DNA of 37,075 bases, from sequence record DRR723986_7103, one strand, 5' to 3'. Under the pieces are notes generated by a model that was not told the DNA's origin, ran no database searches, and saw nothing but the letters and a program-made list of their open reading frames with translations. Position 1 is the first letter of the stretch, and the number at the start of each line of letters is the position of its first letter. The position numbers and the translations under genes were made by a program. Of this stretch, positions 27,888 to 37,075 are shown piece by piece.

Positions 27888-28056
27888 TCCCACTGAGCCC
27901 GCCGGAACTAGCGGCAGGCTCCCTCTACTGATAGGTTTCTCAGTGCCAATGCTTCCAACTGGAGCGCCGGTGCAACAACAAATTTGACCTGTCTAAGAAT
28001 TTCTCTGGTAGAGCTTCCCAGGAAGCATGCATTTAGAGCAGAAAGGCACATAGAAT

Positions 28057-29502
28057 ATGAGTCAGGATCTCGACATTCTCGAAGAAGTCACCTCGAGTGA
28101 ATACAAGTACGGTTGGGTTTCAGATATTGAGCAGGAAATCATTCCCAAGGGACTGAATGAAGATGTCGTGCGCCTGATATCCGCCAAGAAAAACGAGCCG
28201 GAATTCATGCTTGAGTGGCGTCTAAAAGCCTTCAGGCACTGGCAGACCATGAAGGAGCCTACCTGGCCGAACGTACACTATCCTAAAATTGATTTTCAGG
28301 ATATCTCGTACTACGCCGCTCCCAAACCCAAAAAAGAACTACAAAGTCTCGACGAAGTTGATCCGGAACTGCTGCGCACGTTTGAGCGGCTCGGCATCTC
28401 CCTCGACGAACAGAAACGTCTTAGCGGCGTAGCCGTTGACGCCGTGATCGATTCAGTCTCCGTGGCAACGACCTTCCGCGAAAAACTCGGTGAGATGGGA
28501 GTCATCTTCTGCTCAATGAGTGAAGCTGTGCAGGATCATCCGGAATTGATTCGCGAGTATCTGGGCTCAGTTGTTCCAATTACGGATAACTACTACGCTG
28601 CCCTCAACTCTGCAGTCTTTAGCGACGGATCCTTCTGTTACATTCCCAAGGGCGTTCGCTGCCCGATGGAGTTGTCGACGTACTTCCGTATCAACGCTGC
28701 CAACACCGGCCAGTTTGAACGCACACTGATCGTTGCCGAAGAAGGTAGTTACGTGTCGTATCTGGAAGGTTGTACAGCTCCGATGCGCGATGAAAATCAG
28801 CTGCACGCCGCCGTCGTTGAAATCCTGACCAAAGACAACGCCGAAGTCAAATATTCGACAGTTCAGAACTGGTACCCGGGCGACAAAGATGGCAAAGGCG
28901 GGATCTACAATTTTGTGACGAAGCGGGGCCTCTGCGCCGGCCGCAAGTCCAAAATTTCCTGGACGCAGGTCGAAACTGGATCGGCGATCACATGGAAGTA
29001 TCCCAGCGTTGTGTTAAAAGGTGATGGGTCAGCTGGTGAGTTCTACTCGGTAGCCGTCACTAACAACTATCAGCAGGCCGATACCGGCACGAAGATGATG
29101 CACATCGGTAAAAACACGCGTAGCCTGATTATCTCCAAAGGAATTTCCGCAGGTAAGAGTCAGAATTCCTACCGCGGCCTGGTCAAGATTAACAAATCGG
29201 CCAAAAATGCGCGGAATTTCTCGCAGTGTGACTCGCTCCTGCTTGGAGACAAGTGTGGCGCACACACCTTCCCTTACCTCGAAATAAGCCAAAAAGACAG
29301 CATGGTGGAACACGAAGCCACCACGTCTAAAATTGGTGAAGATCAGCTGTTCTACTGCAATCAGCGCGGCATCGACACAGAAGAAGCCGTCAGCCTGATT
29401 GTTAACGGTTTTTCCAAAGAGGTCCTCAACCAATTGCCCATGGAGTTCGCGGTTGAAGCCCAAAAACTCCTGGCGATCAGCCTTGAAGGCAGCGTTGGTT
29501 AA
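28057..29502 (+). CDS. sufB: Fe-S cluster assembly protein SufB
   Basis: [47 protein letters not shown]. Confidence 0.97.
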   Translation: MSQDLDILEEVTSSEYKYGWVSDIEQEIIPKGLNEDVVRLISAKKNEPEFMLEWRLKAFRHWQTMKEPTWPNVHYPKIDFQDISYYAAPKPKKELQSLDEVDPELLRTFERLGISLDEQKRLSGVAVDAVIDSVSVATTFREKLGEMGVIFCSMSEAVQDHPELIREYLGSVVPITDNYYAALNSAVFSDGSFCYIPKGVRCPMELSTYFRINAANTGQFERTLIVAEEGSYVSYLEGCTAPMRDENQLHAAVVEILTKDNAEVKYSTVQNWYPGDKDGKGGIYNFVTKRGLCAGRKSKISWTQVETGSAITWKYPSVVLKGDGSAGEFYSVAVTNNYQQADTGTKMMHIGKNTRSLIISKGISAGKSQNSYRGLVKINKSAKNARNFSQCDSLLLGDKCGAHTFPYLEISQKDSMVEHEATTSKIGEDQLFYCNQRGIDTEEAVSLIVNGFSKEVLNQLPMEFAVEAQKLLAISLEGSVG

Positions 29503-29571
29503 GAGCGGATTGATGAGCGGACGCTCGGTTGAATTGAAAGTTTACTAACAAGCGATGGAAAGGCAGTACCA

Positions 29572-30339
29572 ATGCTGCATATCAAAAATTTGCATGCGTC
29601 CGTGGACGGCAATGAAATTTTGAAAGGCCTGGATCTCGACATCAAACCCGGGGAAGTCCATGCCATAATGGGGCCTAACGGCTCTGGTAAATCTACTCTG
29701 GCTTCGGTTCTAGCCGGCCGTGAGGACTATGAAGTTTCCGAGGGCTCAATTGAGTTTGAAGGCAACGATCTGCTTGAGCTGGCCGCCGAAGAGCGCGCAC
29801 GTGAAGGCATCTTCCTGGCCTTTCAATACCCGGTAGAAATTCCGGGCGTGAGCACAGTTAACTTCCTCAAAACTGCGCTGAACGAAATTCGCAAACACCG
29901 CGGCGAAGATTCAATCGATGCGATTGACTTCCTGCAGATGATGCGCGAAAAAATGGCACTGGTTGAAATCGATGAAAAACTGATCAAGCGTTCCCTGAAC
30001 GAAGGTTTTTCCGGTGGCGAGAAAAAGCGCAACGAAATCTTCCAGATGGCAATGATCGAACCAAAATTTGCAGTCCTTGATGAGACTGACTCCGGATTGG
30101 ATATCGACGCTCTGCGCGTTGTGGCCAACGGTGTTAACAAACTGCGCAGTCTCAACAATTCTTTCCTGGTCATCACGCACTACCAGCGTCTGCTCGATTA
30201 CATCGTACCGGACTATGTGCACGTACTTTCCGATGGTCGCATCGTGAAATCCGGTGGTAAAGAATTGGCGCTTGAGCTGGAAGAAAAAGGCTACGATTGG
30301 GTTAAAAATGAACTGTCAACTGCCGACGCCAGTGTGTAA
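29572..30339 (+). CDS. sufC: Fe-S cluster assembly ATPase SufC
   Basis: [47 protein letters not shown]. Confidence 0.97.
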   Translation: MLHIKNLHASVDGNEILKGLDLDIKPGEVHAIMGPNGSGKSTLASVLAGREDYEVSEGSIEFEGNDLLELAAEERAREGIFLAFQYPVEIPGVSTVNFLKTALNEIRKHRGEDSIDAIDFLQMMREKMALVEIDEKLIKRSLNEGFSGGEKKRNEIFQMAMIEPKFAVLDETDSGLDIDALRVVANGVNKLRSLNNSFLVITHYQRLLDYIVPDYVHVLSDGRIVKSGGKELALELEEKGYDWVKNELSTADASV

Positions 30340-30366
30340 CACAGCAGGCTGAAAGGACCACAGATA

Positions 30367-31695
30367 ATGAGTGTCACTGTAGCTGATACAGATCTTAAAT
30401 CTAAAGTTGTGGCCGCGTTTGAGCAGTATGAACGTTCCCTGAACGGCTCGGCTGGCTCGCCGCTGCACACGCTCCGTCGTAAAGCGCTGGATCATTTTGC
30501 CGAACTCGGCTTCCCAACACCGCGCCACGAAGAGTGGAAATACACAAACGTTGCGCCGATTGTTCGTCGCGACTATCTCGTGCCCACGGCACCGCCAGAA
30601 TCAGATGTCGATCAGGCATTCGTTGATGCGGCAATCCCTGCCGGCCTGAGTGCCAACGTTCTGGTATTCGTCAACGGCTTCTTTAACGCAAGCCTCTCGC
30701 GCATGCCTGAGCACGCCGGACTCAGCGTCTCCAGCTTTGCCAATGGCGCTGATGCCGCCGATCTGGCCGGCCGCCTGGCACAACAGGCTGCGCCGGAATA
30801 CAACGGTTTTGTAGCGCTTAACACTGCGTTGGCGCTCGACGGCACACTTGTTAAAGTTGATGCCGGTGTTACACTTGCCGAGCCCATATTGCTGCTTAAC
30901 ATCAGCGATGTGCAGGCCAGTAACTCCCTGAGTGCACTGCGTACAATCGTTGAACTCAATGCTAATGCACACGCTCAGCTGATTGAGTTAAATGTTACGC
31001 GTGGTGAAGGCCACAACCTGCAAACTCGCGTCGCCGAGTTGCGCGTGGATAAAGGCGCGCGCCTTGAGCATATCATGCTGCAGGAAGATGGCGCAAACTC
31101 CTACCTGCACAATCATACACATGTTGACCAGGCTGCCGACAGCGTCTACAGCAACTACGTAGTAGCGCTCAAAGGTGCGTTTGTGCGCAACGATCTCTAT
31201 ATCGCGCTTAATGGCTCCGGAGCACATGCTGATATGTATGGCCTCTGCCTGCTGCGCGATCGTGACTTCGTTGACAACCACACGCTGGTTGACCACAAAA
31301 TGCCGCATTGTACAAGTAATGAACTCTACAAAGGCATTTACGACGACCGTTCCGTCGGTGTGTTTAACGGCAAGATTATCGTGCAGCCGGATGCGCAGAA
31401 AACAAATGCCTTCCAGTCCAATCGCAATATTCTGCTTTCAGATAATGCTTCTGTTAACACCAAGCCGCAACTGGAAATTTTTGCGGATGATGTTAAGTGT
31501 AGCCACGGTGCTACGTCCGGGCAATTTGATGCCGATGCATTGTTTTACTTGCGCTCGCGTGGTCTAAGTCAGGACGCCGCTCGCGCAATTATGATGCACG
31601 CATTTGCTGTAGAAGTGCTTGACCAAATTCCGGTTGAGGCACTGCGGACACACCTGGAAGCACAACTGTCCAGCTCTATGTCATTCGATTTTTAA
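30367..31695 (+). CDS. sufD: Fe-S cluster assembly protein SufD
   Basis: [46 protein letters not shown]. Confidence 0.95.
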   Translation: MSVTVADTDLKSKVVAAFEQYERSLNGSAGSPLHTLRRKALDHFAELGFPTPRHEEWKYTNVAPIVRRDYLVPTAPPESDVDQAFVDAAIPAGLSANVLVFVNGFFNASLSRMPEHAGLSVSSFANGADAADLAGRLAQQAAPEYNGFVALNTALALDGTLVKVDAGVTLAEPILLLNISDVQASNSLSALRTIVELNANAHAQLIELNVTRGEGHNLQTRVAELRVDKGARLEHIMLQEDGANSYLHNHTHVDQAADSVYSNYVVALKGAFVRNDLYIALNGSGAHADMYGLCLLRDRDFVDNHTLVDHKMPHCTSNELYKGIYDDRSVGVFNGKIIVQPDAQKTNAFQSNRNILLSDNASVNTKPQLEIFADDVKCSHGATSGQFDADALFYLRSRGLSQDAARAIMMHAFAVEVLDQIPVEALRTHLEAQLSSSMSFDF

Positions 31696-31717
31696 GCATT
31701 CGGGGTCATTAGACGTT

Positions 31718-33007
31718 ATGAGTGATTCAACTGTCGCGAGTACAAGCGCCGCCAATGGAAGCGACGCGTCCGGTGTAACAGCACATGCTGAGTTTAACCT
31801 TGCCGCCGTCCGGGAAGAATTCCCGATTCTGGCGCGCACGGTTCACGGAAAACCGCTCGTCTATCTGGACAATGCGGCTACCACTCAAAAGCCGCGTGCC
31901 GTCATCGACGCTATCAGTGAATATTACAGTGATTACAACAGTAATATACACCGTGGTGTTCACCATTTGAGTGAACAAGCTACGAGCGCCTACGAAGGTT
32001 CGCGCAAGCGCGCCGCGCAGTTTATTAACGCAGCCGATAGCTGCGAAATCGTATTCCTGCGGGGCACAACCGAGGCAATCAACCTCGTGTGTTCAAGCAT
32101 CGGGCAGTCACTCAAAGCCGGCGACGAGATAATTATCACACACATGGAACACCACTCAAACATTGTGCCCTGGCAGATGCTGTGTGACCGTATCGGTACC
32201 GTTCTGCGTGTTGTGCCAATAAACGATGACGGTGAAATGGACATGAATGCGTTTACCGAAATGCTCGGTCCCAAAACGCGTTTTGTCTCACTCGTGCACG
32301 TCTCAAACTCCCTTGGCTCCATCAACCCTGTTAAACAAGTTATTGACATGGCGCACGCGCTCAATGTGCCTGTCCTAGTCGACGGTGCGCAGTCGCTGCC
32401 ACACATGCAGGTAGATGTCCAGGAGCTGGATTGTGACTTCTACACCTGCTCCGGCCACAAAGTATTTGGTCCCATGGGAATCGGATTCCTCTATGGTAAA
32501 CGCGAACATCTGGAAAAGATGCCGCCCTACCATGGTGGTGGTGATATGATTAAATACGTCTCCTTTGACAAAACAACCTACAGCGATCCGCCCTTCAAAT
32601 TCGAAGCCGGAACACCTAACGTCTCCGGTGTTATCGGTCTGGCGGCCGCCATGGACTACATTGTTAAAGTTGGTTATGACAACATCCAGGCGCATGAACA
32701 CGAACTGCTGGTCTACGCTACGGAACTGTTAAGTGGCATCAAAGGTCTGCGTATCATCGGAACGGCGCGTGAAAAAGCTTCGGTCGTTTCATTTGTGCTC
32801 GAAGATGTGCACTCACATGACATCGGTACCTTTGTGGACCACGAAGGGGTCGCCATTCGCGTTGGCCACCATTGTACGCAGCCGGTAATGCAGCGCTTTG
32901 GTGTGCCTGCTACCTCCCGCGCGTCCTTTGCTTTTTACAATACTAAACAGGAAGTTGATGCACTTGCGCAGGCGCTGCACAAAGTCATCGACATATTCGG
33001 TGCCTGA
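31718..33007 (+). CDS. sufS: Cysteine desulfurase SufS (group II)
   Basis: [20 protein letters not shown] (PLP lysine), EAGTP, RVGHHC; ATG at 31718 preferred. Confidence 0.96.
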   Translation: MSDSTVASTSAANGSDASGVTAHAEFNLAAVREEFPILARTVHGKPLVYLDNAATTQKPRAVIDAISEYYSDYNSNIHRGVHHLSEQATSAYEGSRKRAAQFINAADSCEIVFLRGTTEAINLVCSSIGQSLKAGDEIIITHMEHHSNIVPWQMLCDRIGTVLRVVPINDDGEMDMNAFTEMLGPKTRFVSLVHVSNSLGSINPVKQVIDMAHALNVPVLVDGAQSLPHMQVDVQELDCDFYTCSGHKVFGPMGIGFLYGKREHLEKMPPYHGGGDMIKYVSFDKTTYSDPPFKFEAGTPNVSGVIGLAAAMDYIVKVGYDNIQAHEHELLVYATELLSGIKGLRIIGTAREKASVVSFVLEDVHSHDIGTFVDHEGVAIRVGHHCTQPVMQRFGVPATSRASFAFYNTKQEVDALAQALHKVIDIFGA

Positions 33008-33453
33008 TGACGGAACTGCAAGAACTATATCAGCAAGTCATTCTTGACCATAACAAAAGTCCACGCAACTACGGTGAACTTGAGGCTGGTCAGGTAATCG
33101 AAGGGCATAATCCTCTATGCGGCGATACCGTTAAGGTGTCTGTTGATATTCAGGATAATGTAATTCAGGACGTTATGTTTGAAGGGGCCGGCTGTGCTAT
33201 CTCCAAAGCATCGGCATCAATCATGACAACCCTGGTTAAAGGCAAAACAGTTAATGAAGCGCTTGAGCTTTTCACGCGCTTTCATGATCTGGTGACGGAA
33301 GAAGCAGACGTCGACCCGCTCGTACTTGGTAAAATGGCCGTGTTCGCCGGCGTTCGTGAATTTCCCTCGCGTGTTAAGTGCGCCAGCCTGGCCTGGCACA
33401 CGCTCAAAAATGTGCTTGAAGGCAAAGGTGACTCTGTTGTCACAACCGAGTGA
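33007..33453 (+). CDS. sufU: SUF-system NifU-family sulfur-transfer protein SufU
   Basis: GHNPLCGD, GCAISKASAS, RVKCASLAW; no LPPVK; TGATG coupling with sufS. Confidence 0.93.
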   Translation: MTELQELYQQVILDHNKSPRNYGELEAGQVIEGHNPLCGDTVKVSVDIQDNVIQDVMFEGAGCAISKASASIMTTLVKGKTVNEALELFTRFHDLVTEEADVDPLVLGKMAVFAGVREFPSRVKCASLAWHTLKNVLEGKGDSVVTTE

Positions 33454-33498
33454 TGCCAGGCAATATTTGCCGTTAACACAGAAAGTTTCGGGTGAATT

Positions 33499-33819
33499 AT
33501 GAGTACCATGACTGACGTTACGCTACGCGATAAAATCGTGTCCGTCATCAAGACCGTCTACGATCCGGAGATTCCGGTTGACGTCTATGAGCTGGGACTG
33601 ATTTACGATATCAAGATTGGTGACGACAATGTTGTTGACATTTCGATGACATTAACAGCGCCTAACTGCCCCGCCGCCGGTACCCTGCCGGTAGAGGTTG
33701 AAGAGCGCGTTGCTTCCATTCCGGAAATTACCAAGGCGACGGTCGAGATTACTTTCGATCCGCCCTGGGATAAAGACCGCATGTCGGAAGCTGCTCAGCT
33801 TGAATTGGGCTTCTTTTAA
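33499..33819 (+). CDS. sufT: DUF59 / SufT-like Fe-S maturation protein
   Basis: VYDPEIPVDVYELGLIY, MTLTAPNCP, FDPPW. Confidence 0.85.
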   Translation: MSTMTDVTLRDKIVSVIKTVYDPEIPVDVYELGLIYDIKIGDDNVVDISMTLTAPNCPAAGTLPVEVEERVASIPEITKATVEITFDPPWDKDRMSEAAQLELGFF

Positions 33820-33894
33820 GTGTTTAAGTTGTCGATCCGAAGAAACTAGCTCGTATCGACCGTTTTTCTGAGGATTCAGAGGTATCGAGTTTAC

Positions 33895-35013
33895 ATGGCA
33901 ATTGCATTTCACGCTTTGCGCGTTTCCGGAATTACTCGCGAAACAGACGACGCTGTTTCCGTAGCGTTTGCGCTGCCGAACGACCAGAAAGAGACGTTTA
34001 ACTTCAAGCCGGGGCAGTACCTGACCCTGCGCTTCTTTATCGACGGGCAGGACGTGCGTCGCTCCTATTCACTCTGTTCATCGCCGACCCGTCCCGGGGA
34101 CCCGACAGTCGCCGTTAAACAAGTGCCGGGTGGCCTCGCTTCCACACACATTAACACAAAGTTAAAAGTTGGCGACACCGTAGATGTCATGCCGCCACTG
34201 GGCAACTTTGCCGTTGACATCAAGCCTTACCACGCCAAACACTACGTTTTAGTCGGCGCTGGGAGCGGAATCACGCCGCTGATGTCAATCCTGCTGGCAG
34301 TTCTCGATTCAGAGCCGGACAGCAAAGTCACGCTGCTCTACGGCAATCGCAATCAGAACAGCATCATCTTTGGCAAAGAACTCGCAGAACTGGAGCAGAA
34401 ACATAGTGGACGCTTCAATATGATCTCGATCCTGTCGCGCCCGGGTGACGGGTGGAAGGGATTAACAGGACGTCTGGAAGAGGCACGCTGTAAAGAGTTA
34501 ATCTGCGCTAATGTTGTACCCAATGAGATTACCAACTGCTGGTATTATCTTTGCGGCCCGTCGGAAATGATGAATAATGCGCAGGCAGCATTGAATGGTC
34601 TTAACGTTCCGGACGAACGTGTCTTCCGCGAATACTTCACCACGCCACTCGGTGATGCCGGTGCCGTGGATGTTGCCGCCGAAGAAGACGAAGACCACAG
34701 TGTTAATGGAGCCTCTGCGGCTTCCGCCGGATTTGAAAAAGCTTCCGTTATGGTGCGCCTCTACGGCATTGAGCACGAAATGGAAGTCGCTCCCGGTGAG
34801 AAAATTCTGGATGTCGCCGTCCGTGAAGAAGTTGATCCGCCCTTTGCCTGCCAGATTGGTGCCTGCTGTACCTGCCGCGCCAAACTTGTTGAAGGCAAAG
34901 TTGAGATGGATGAACGCGAAGCGCTGACCGATGAAGAAATCGAGGAAGGATTTGTCCTTACCTGTCAGGCGCACCCACGCAGCGCACGCGTCGTTGTTGA
35001 CTTCGATCAATAA
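33895..35013 (+). CDS. FAD/NAD(P)H ferredoxin reductase with C-terminal [2Fe-2S] domain (PaaE-like)
   Basis: GQYLTLR, RRSYSLCS, GSGITP, LYGNR, YLCGP, then CQIGACCTC...LTCQAHP. Confidence 0.9.
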   Translation: MAIAFHALRVSGITRETDDAVSVAFALPNDQKETFNFKPGQYLTLRFFIDGQDVRRSYSLCSSPTRPGDPTVAVKQVPGGLASTHINTKLKVGDTVDVMPPLGNFAVDIKPYHAKHYVLVGAGSGITPLMSILLAVLDSEPDSKVTLLYGNRNQNSIIFGKELAELEQKHSGRFNMISILSRPGDGWKGLTGRLEEARCKELICANVVPNEITNCWYYLCGPSEMMNNAQAALNGLNVPDERVFREYFTTPLGDAGAVDVAAEEDEDHSVNGASAASAGFEKASVMVRLYGIEHEMEVAPGEKILDVAVREEVDPPFACQIGACCTCRAKLVEGKVEMDEREALTDEEIEEGFVLTCQAHPRSARVVVDFDQ

Positions 35014-35083
35014 TCGCCGCTGCAGAAAAATGTGAAATCAAACTCTGCTACAATAAAGTATCAACACAATTTGGAGAGTTAAC

Positions 35084-35710
35084 ATGGCATACGAGTGGAA
35101 GTTTAACCCTCGCCCTTATTCGGATGCAGAAGCAGCCGACCTGCTCAAAGACGTCGTTTCCCCACAAACGGCCGACTGGCACTACAACAAACATCACAAA
35201 GGTTATGTAGCCGCGCTTAACACGATTGAGTCCGAGCTGCAGGAAGCCGACCGTTCCAAGGCGAATGGCAACTATTCCCACGTGGGCGAACTTAAACGCC
35301 GCACAACCTGGAACCACGCCGGTGCTTTGCTGCACGACGTCTATTGGGCCAACCTGGGTGGTAATGGTGATATTAACGCAGCGCCAAAACTCAAAGCAGC
35401 CATCGAAGCTGAATTCGGTAGCTTTGATGCCTGGAAAGAAGACTTTAAAGCAGCTGCGTTTTCCGCAAAACTCTCCGGCTGGGGTGTTCTGTGTTTTGAC
35501 ATGCTCTACAGCGGTCGCATCCTTAACGTATTGGTCGATGAGCATCACTACGGCGCCATCTGGGGTGGAATTCCACTGATTGCCTGTGATGTATTTGAGC
35601 ATGCCTACTACCACAAAGATGGTCCGGGCCGCGCAGTGTACATCGATAATTTCCTTAACAATCTGCACTGGGGCAGAATCGAGGAACGCTTTAACAAGTA
35701 CGCGCAATAA
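35084..35710 (+). CDS. Fe/Mn-family superoxide dismutase
   Basis: WHYNKHHKGYV, LLHDVYW, FGSFDAWK, SGWG, DVFEHAYY; all four metal ligands are identifiable. Confidence 0.92.
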   Translation: MAYEWKFNPRPYSDAEAADLLKDVVSPQTADWHYNKHHKGYVAALNTIESELQEADRSKANGNYSHVGELKRRTTWNHAGALLHDVYWANLGGNGDINAAPKLKAAIEAEFGSFDAWKEDFKAAAFSAKLSGWGVLCFDMLYSGRILNVLVDEHHYGAIWGGIPLIACDVFEHAYYHKDGPGRAVYIDNFLNNLHWGRIEERFNKYAQ

Positions 35711-35736
35711 TATGTCCGTGCCTTGTTCGTAAATCT

Positions 35737-35774
35737 GGAAGGAGGGGAGCTGTAGCTTTCCTCCTTTCCTGTTT
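35737..35774 (+). terminator. Long hairpin / probable terminator after the SOD gene
   Basis: ggaaggaggggagct-gt-agctttcctcctttcc followed by tgttt. Confidence 0.6.
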
Positions 35775-35798
35775 AATATCAAATGTAGAGCCCCCGAT

Positions 35799-36434
35799 GT
35801 GAGCACCGTAACTAAAATTGGCCTCTTCCCGCTAAACCTTGTTCTGTTCCCAGGTTCGCAGCTGCCGCTGCATATATTTGAGGCACGCTACAAGCGTTTA
35901 ATCGCCGATGTTATGAAGGACGACTCCGTTTTTGGTATGAATAATATCGAGTCACTGCACATCGATCCGGTGGGCTGTACCGCGCGTGTTAACCGCGTGC
36001 TGCGCCGCTATCCCGATGGCCGCCTCGATCTGGTAGTGCAGGGTGAACGCCGCTATAAAATTAAATCGACCTCCGAAGACGAAGAGTCTTATATCACTGC
36101 CGACGTTGAGTATTATGACGACGAAGATGAGTCGATTGACCTAAAACTGCGTGCCGAATCCATTGAAGTGTTTAATACCATGATCGGAATTGTCTACGCC
36201 AGTGGTGTTAAACCTATCGATGATGACGTCCCGATTACAACCAAACTTTCATTTCATATGGCCGAAAAGGCTGGCGTCGATATTAAAAAGAAGCAGGAAA
36301 TCCTGGAGATGCAGTCGGAAAATGAGCGTCTGCAGTATATTCACGAGTTTATATCTTCGTACTTGCCGGAACTCGAAGACAAAAAACGCCTGACCGAAAT
36401 TGTGCGCAACGATGGTTACCTGCCACGCGGTTAA
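35799..36434 (+). CDS. Stand-alone Lon protease N-terminal (substrate-binding) domain protein
   Basis: LFPLNLVLFPGSQLPLHIFEARY, VGCTA, DGRLD, KQEILE...ERL; no AAA+ or protease domain. Confidence 0.88.
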   Translation: MSTVTKIGLFPLNLVLFPGSQLPLHIFEARYKRLIADVMKDDSVFGMNNIESLHIDPVGCTARVNRVLRRYPDGRLDLVVQGERRYKIKSTSEDEESYITADVEYYDDEDESIDLKLRAESIEVFNTMIGIVYASGVKPIDDDVPITTKLSFHMAEKAGVDIKKKQEILEMQSENERLQYIHEFISSYLPELEDKKRLTEIVRNDGYLPRG

Positions 36435-36437
36435 CTA

Positions 36438-36475
36438 CTTGGTCACATTTCTTGGTCACATTTCTTGATCACTTT
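36438..36475. repeat. 13-bp tandem repeat (about x3) immediately after the Lon-N stop codon
   Basis: cttggtcacattt cttggtcacattt cttgatcacttt. Confidence 0.8.
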
Positions 36476-36523
36476 GAGTTCCTCGCCAGGCTCGTCTCTC
36501 AGGTTCTCCAGGCCATCTTGTTT

Positions 36524-36554
36524 GTCACTGAGTCTCAAGCCTGAAGTCTCTGAG
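36524..36554. repeat. Dispersed ~31-bp repeat, copy 2 (direct repeat of 391-420)
   Basis: 27/31 identity with 391-420. Confidence 0.7.
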
Positions 36555-36781
36555 TCTGTCTCAACTCCCTGAGCCTTCCGGTCTAAATCCTGCCTTTCCG
36601 TATATACGCTGTTTAACAGCTTGGCTTTACGCCGGCACGCAGCACTCCAGGTTCACTACATTGCGGGCCGCCGCCTTCAATACCAAATTCCGTGTGATTT
36701 ATGTTGGTAAGGTGCTGCTTTCCATGGTGTTAACTGACAGCCAATGGTCGCACAATCAAAATTGTTTGCCCTTGAGTTTAA

Positions 36782-36809
36782 TTGACTTGTGCATGATGCA
36801 AGATAGATT
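36782..36809 (+). promoter_or_regulatory. sigma70-like promoter match
   Basis: TTGACT, 16-bp spacer, TAGATT; same -35 hexamer as the secD promoter; the spacer has dyad symmetry (tgcat-g-atgca). Confidence 0.45.
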
Positions 36810-36831
36810 GTAGTTTAAAAGCGGGGGGCTA

Positions 36832-36977
36832 TAGTCCCAAGACTCAAAGACTAGTGGGGGACGGGTGAATTTTGGCAATTGCATCGTATGCCGTAACAAT
36901 GCGCTTGCGGCCGGTTATTGATTGCTCAGTGAGCCTCGCTTGGGGTCTTTGAGACTATTCTTTGAGACTTGGGGCTA
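36832..36977. repeat. 146-bp element bounded by 24-bp imperfect inverted repeats (MITE-like or structured RNA)
   Basis: tagtcccaagactcaaagactagt (36832-55) vs actattctttgagacttggggcta (36954-77): 21/24 complementary; TA at both ends. Confidence 0.6.
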
Positions 36978-37075
36978 AAAATAACCCCCACCAACAAATT
37001 GCAGAAAGATTCACATCCAACGCAAGGCAAAAAAATTAACGCGCAAGAATTAAGCATTTCTGTCCGCCCGCGCCC

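Noticed and set aside
28057-29502. Intein in SufB
   Set aside because: Normal 481-aa length with an uninterrupted EGCTAP site
391-36554. attL/attR of a 36-kb genomic island
   Set aside because: The enclosed genes are largely essential housekeeping genes, and there is no integrase or tRNA target
36438-36977. CRISPR array
   Set aside because: Repeats are adjacent or inverted, lack regular unique spacers, and no cas genes are present

Overview
A gene-dense bacterial chromosomal window, inferred to come from the FCB superphylum, probably a Kapabacteria/Ignavibacteria-like lineage. The inference rests on a T9SS C-terminal sorting domain, separate secD and secF, AGGAG ribosome-binding sites and canonical sigma70 promoters. 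Gene content from left to right: (1) a surface-polysaccharide locus with two unrelated, divergent sulfotransferases, three GT4 glycosyltransferases and a polyprenyl glycosylphosphotransferase; (2) tyrS, a large T9SS cargo protein and smpB; (3) secD-secF-STAS-purA; (4) two acyl-CoA dehydrogenases around a YjbH-like gene and a 600-bp intergenic region with four perfect DnaA-box matches, a candidate oriC; (5) FmdB, RadC, DUF4412-like and CHAD genes; (6) an extended Rrf2/IscR-led SUF cluster (A-type carrier, sufBCDSU, SufT) followed by a PaaE-like reductase, an atypical SOD and a Lon-N protein. The large non-coding stretches (1-800, 9.3-9.7 kb, 12.4-12.85 kb, 36.4-37.1 kb) share an unexplained family of repeats built on AGTCTCAA/TTGAGACT. 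This family includes a 31-bp direct repeat near both window ends and a 146-bp inverted-repeat element downstream of a good promoter match. All calls come from reading motifs by eye; no database searches were run.
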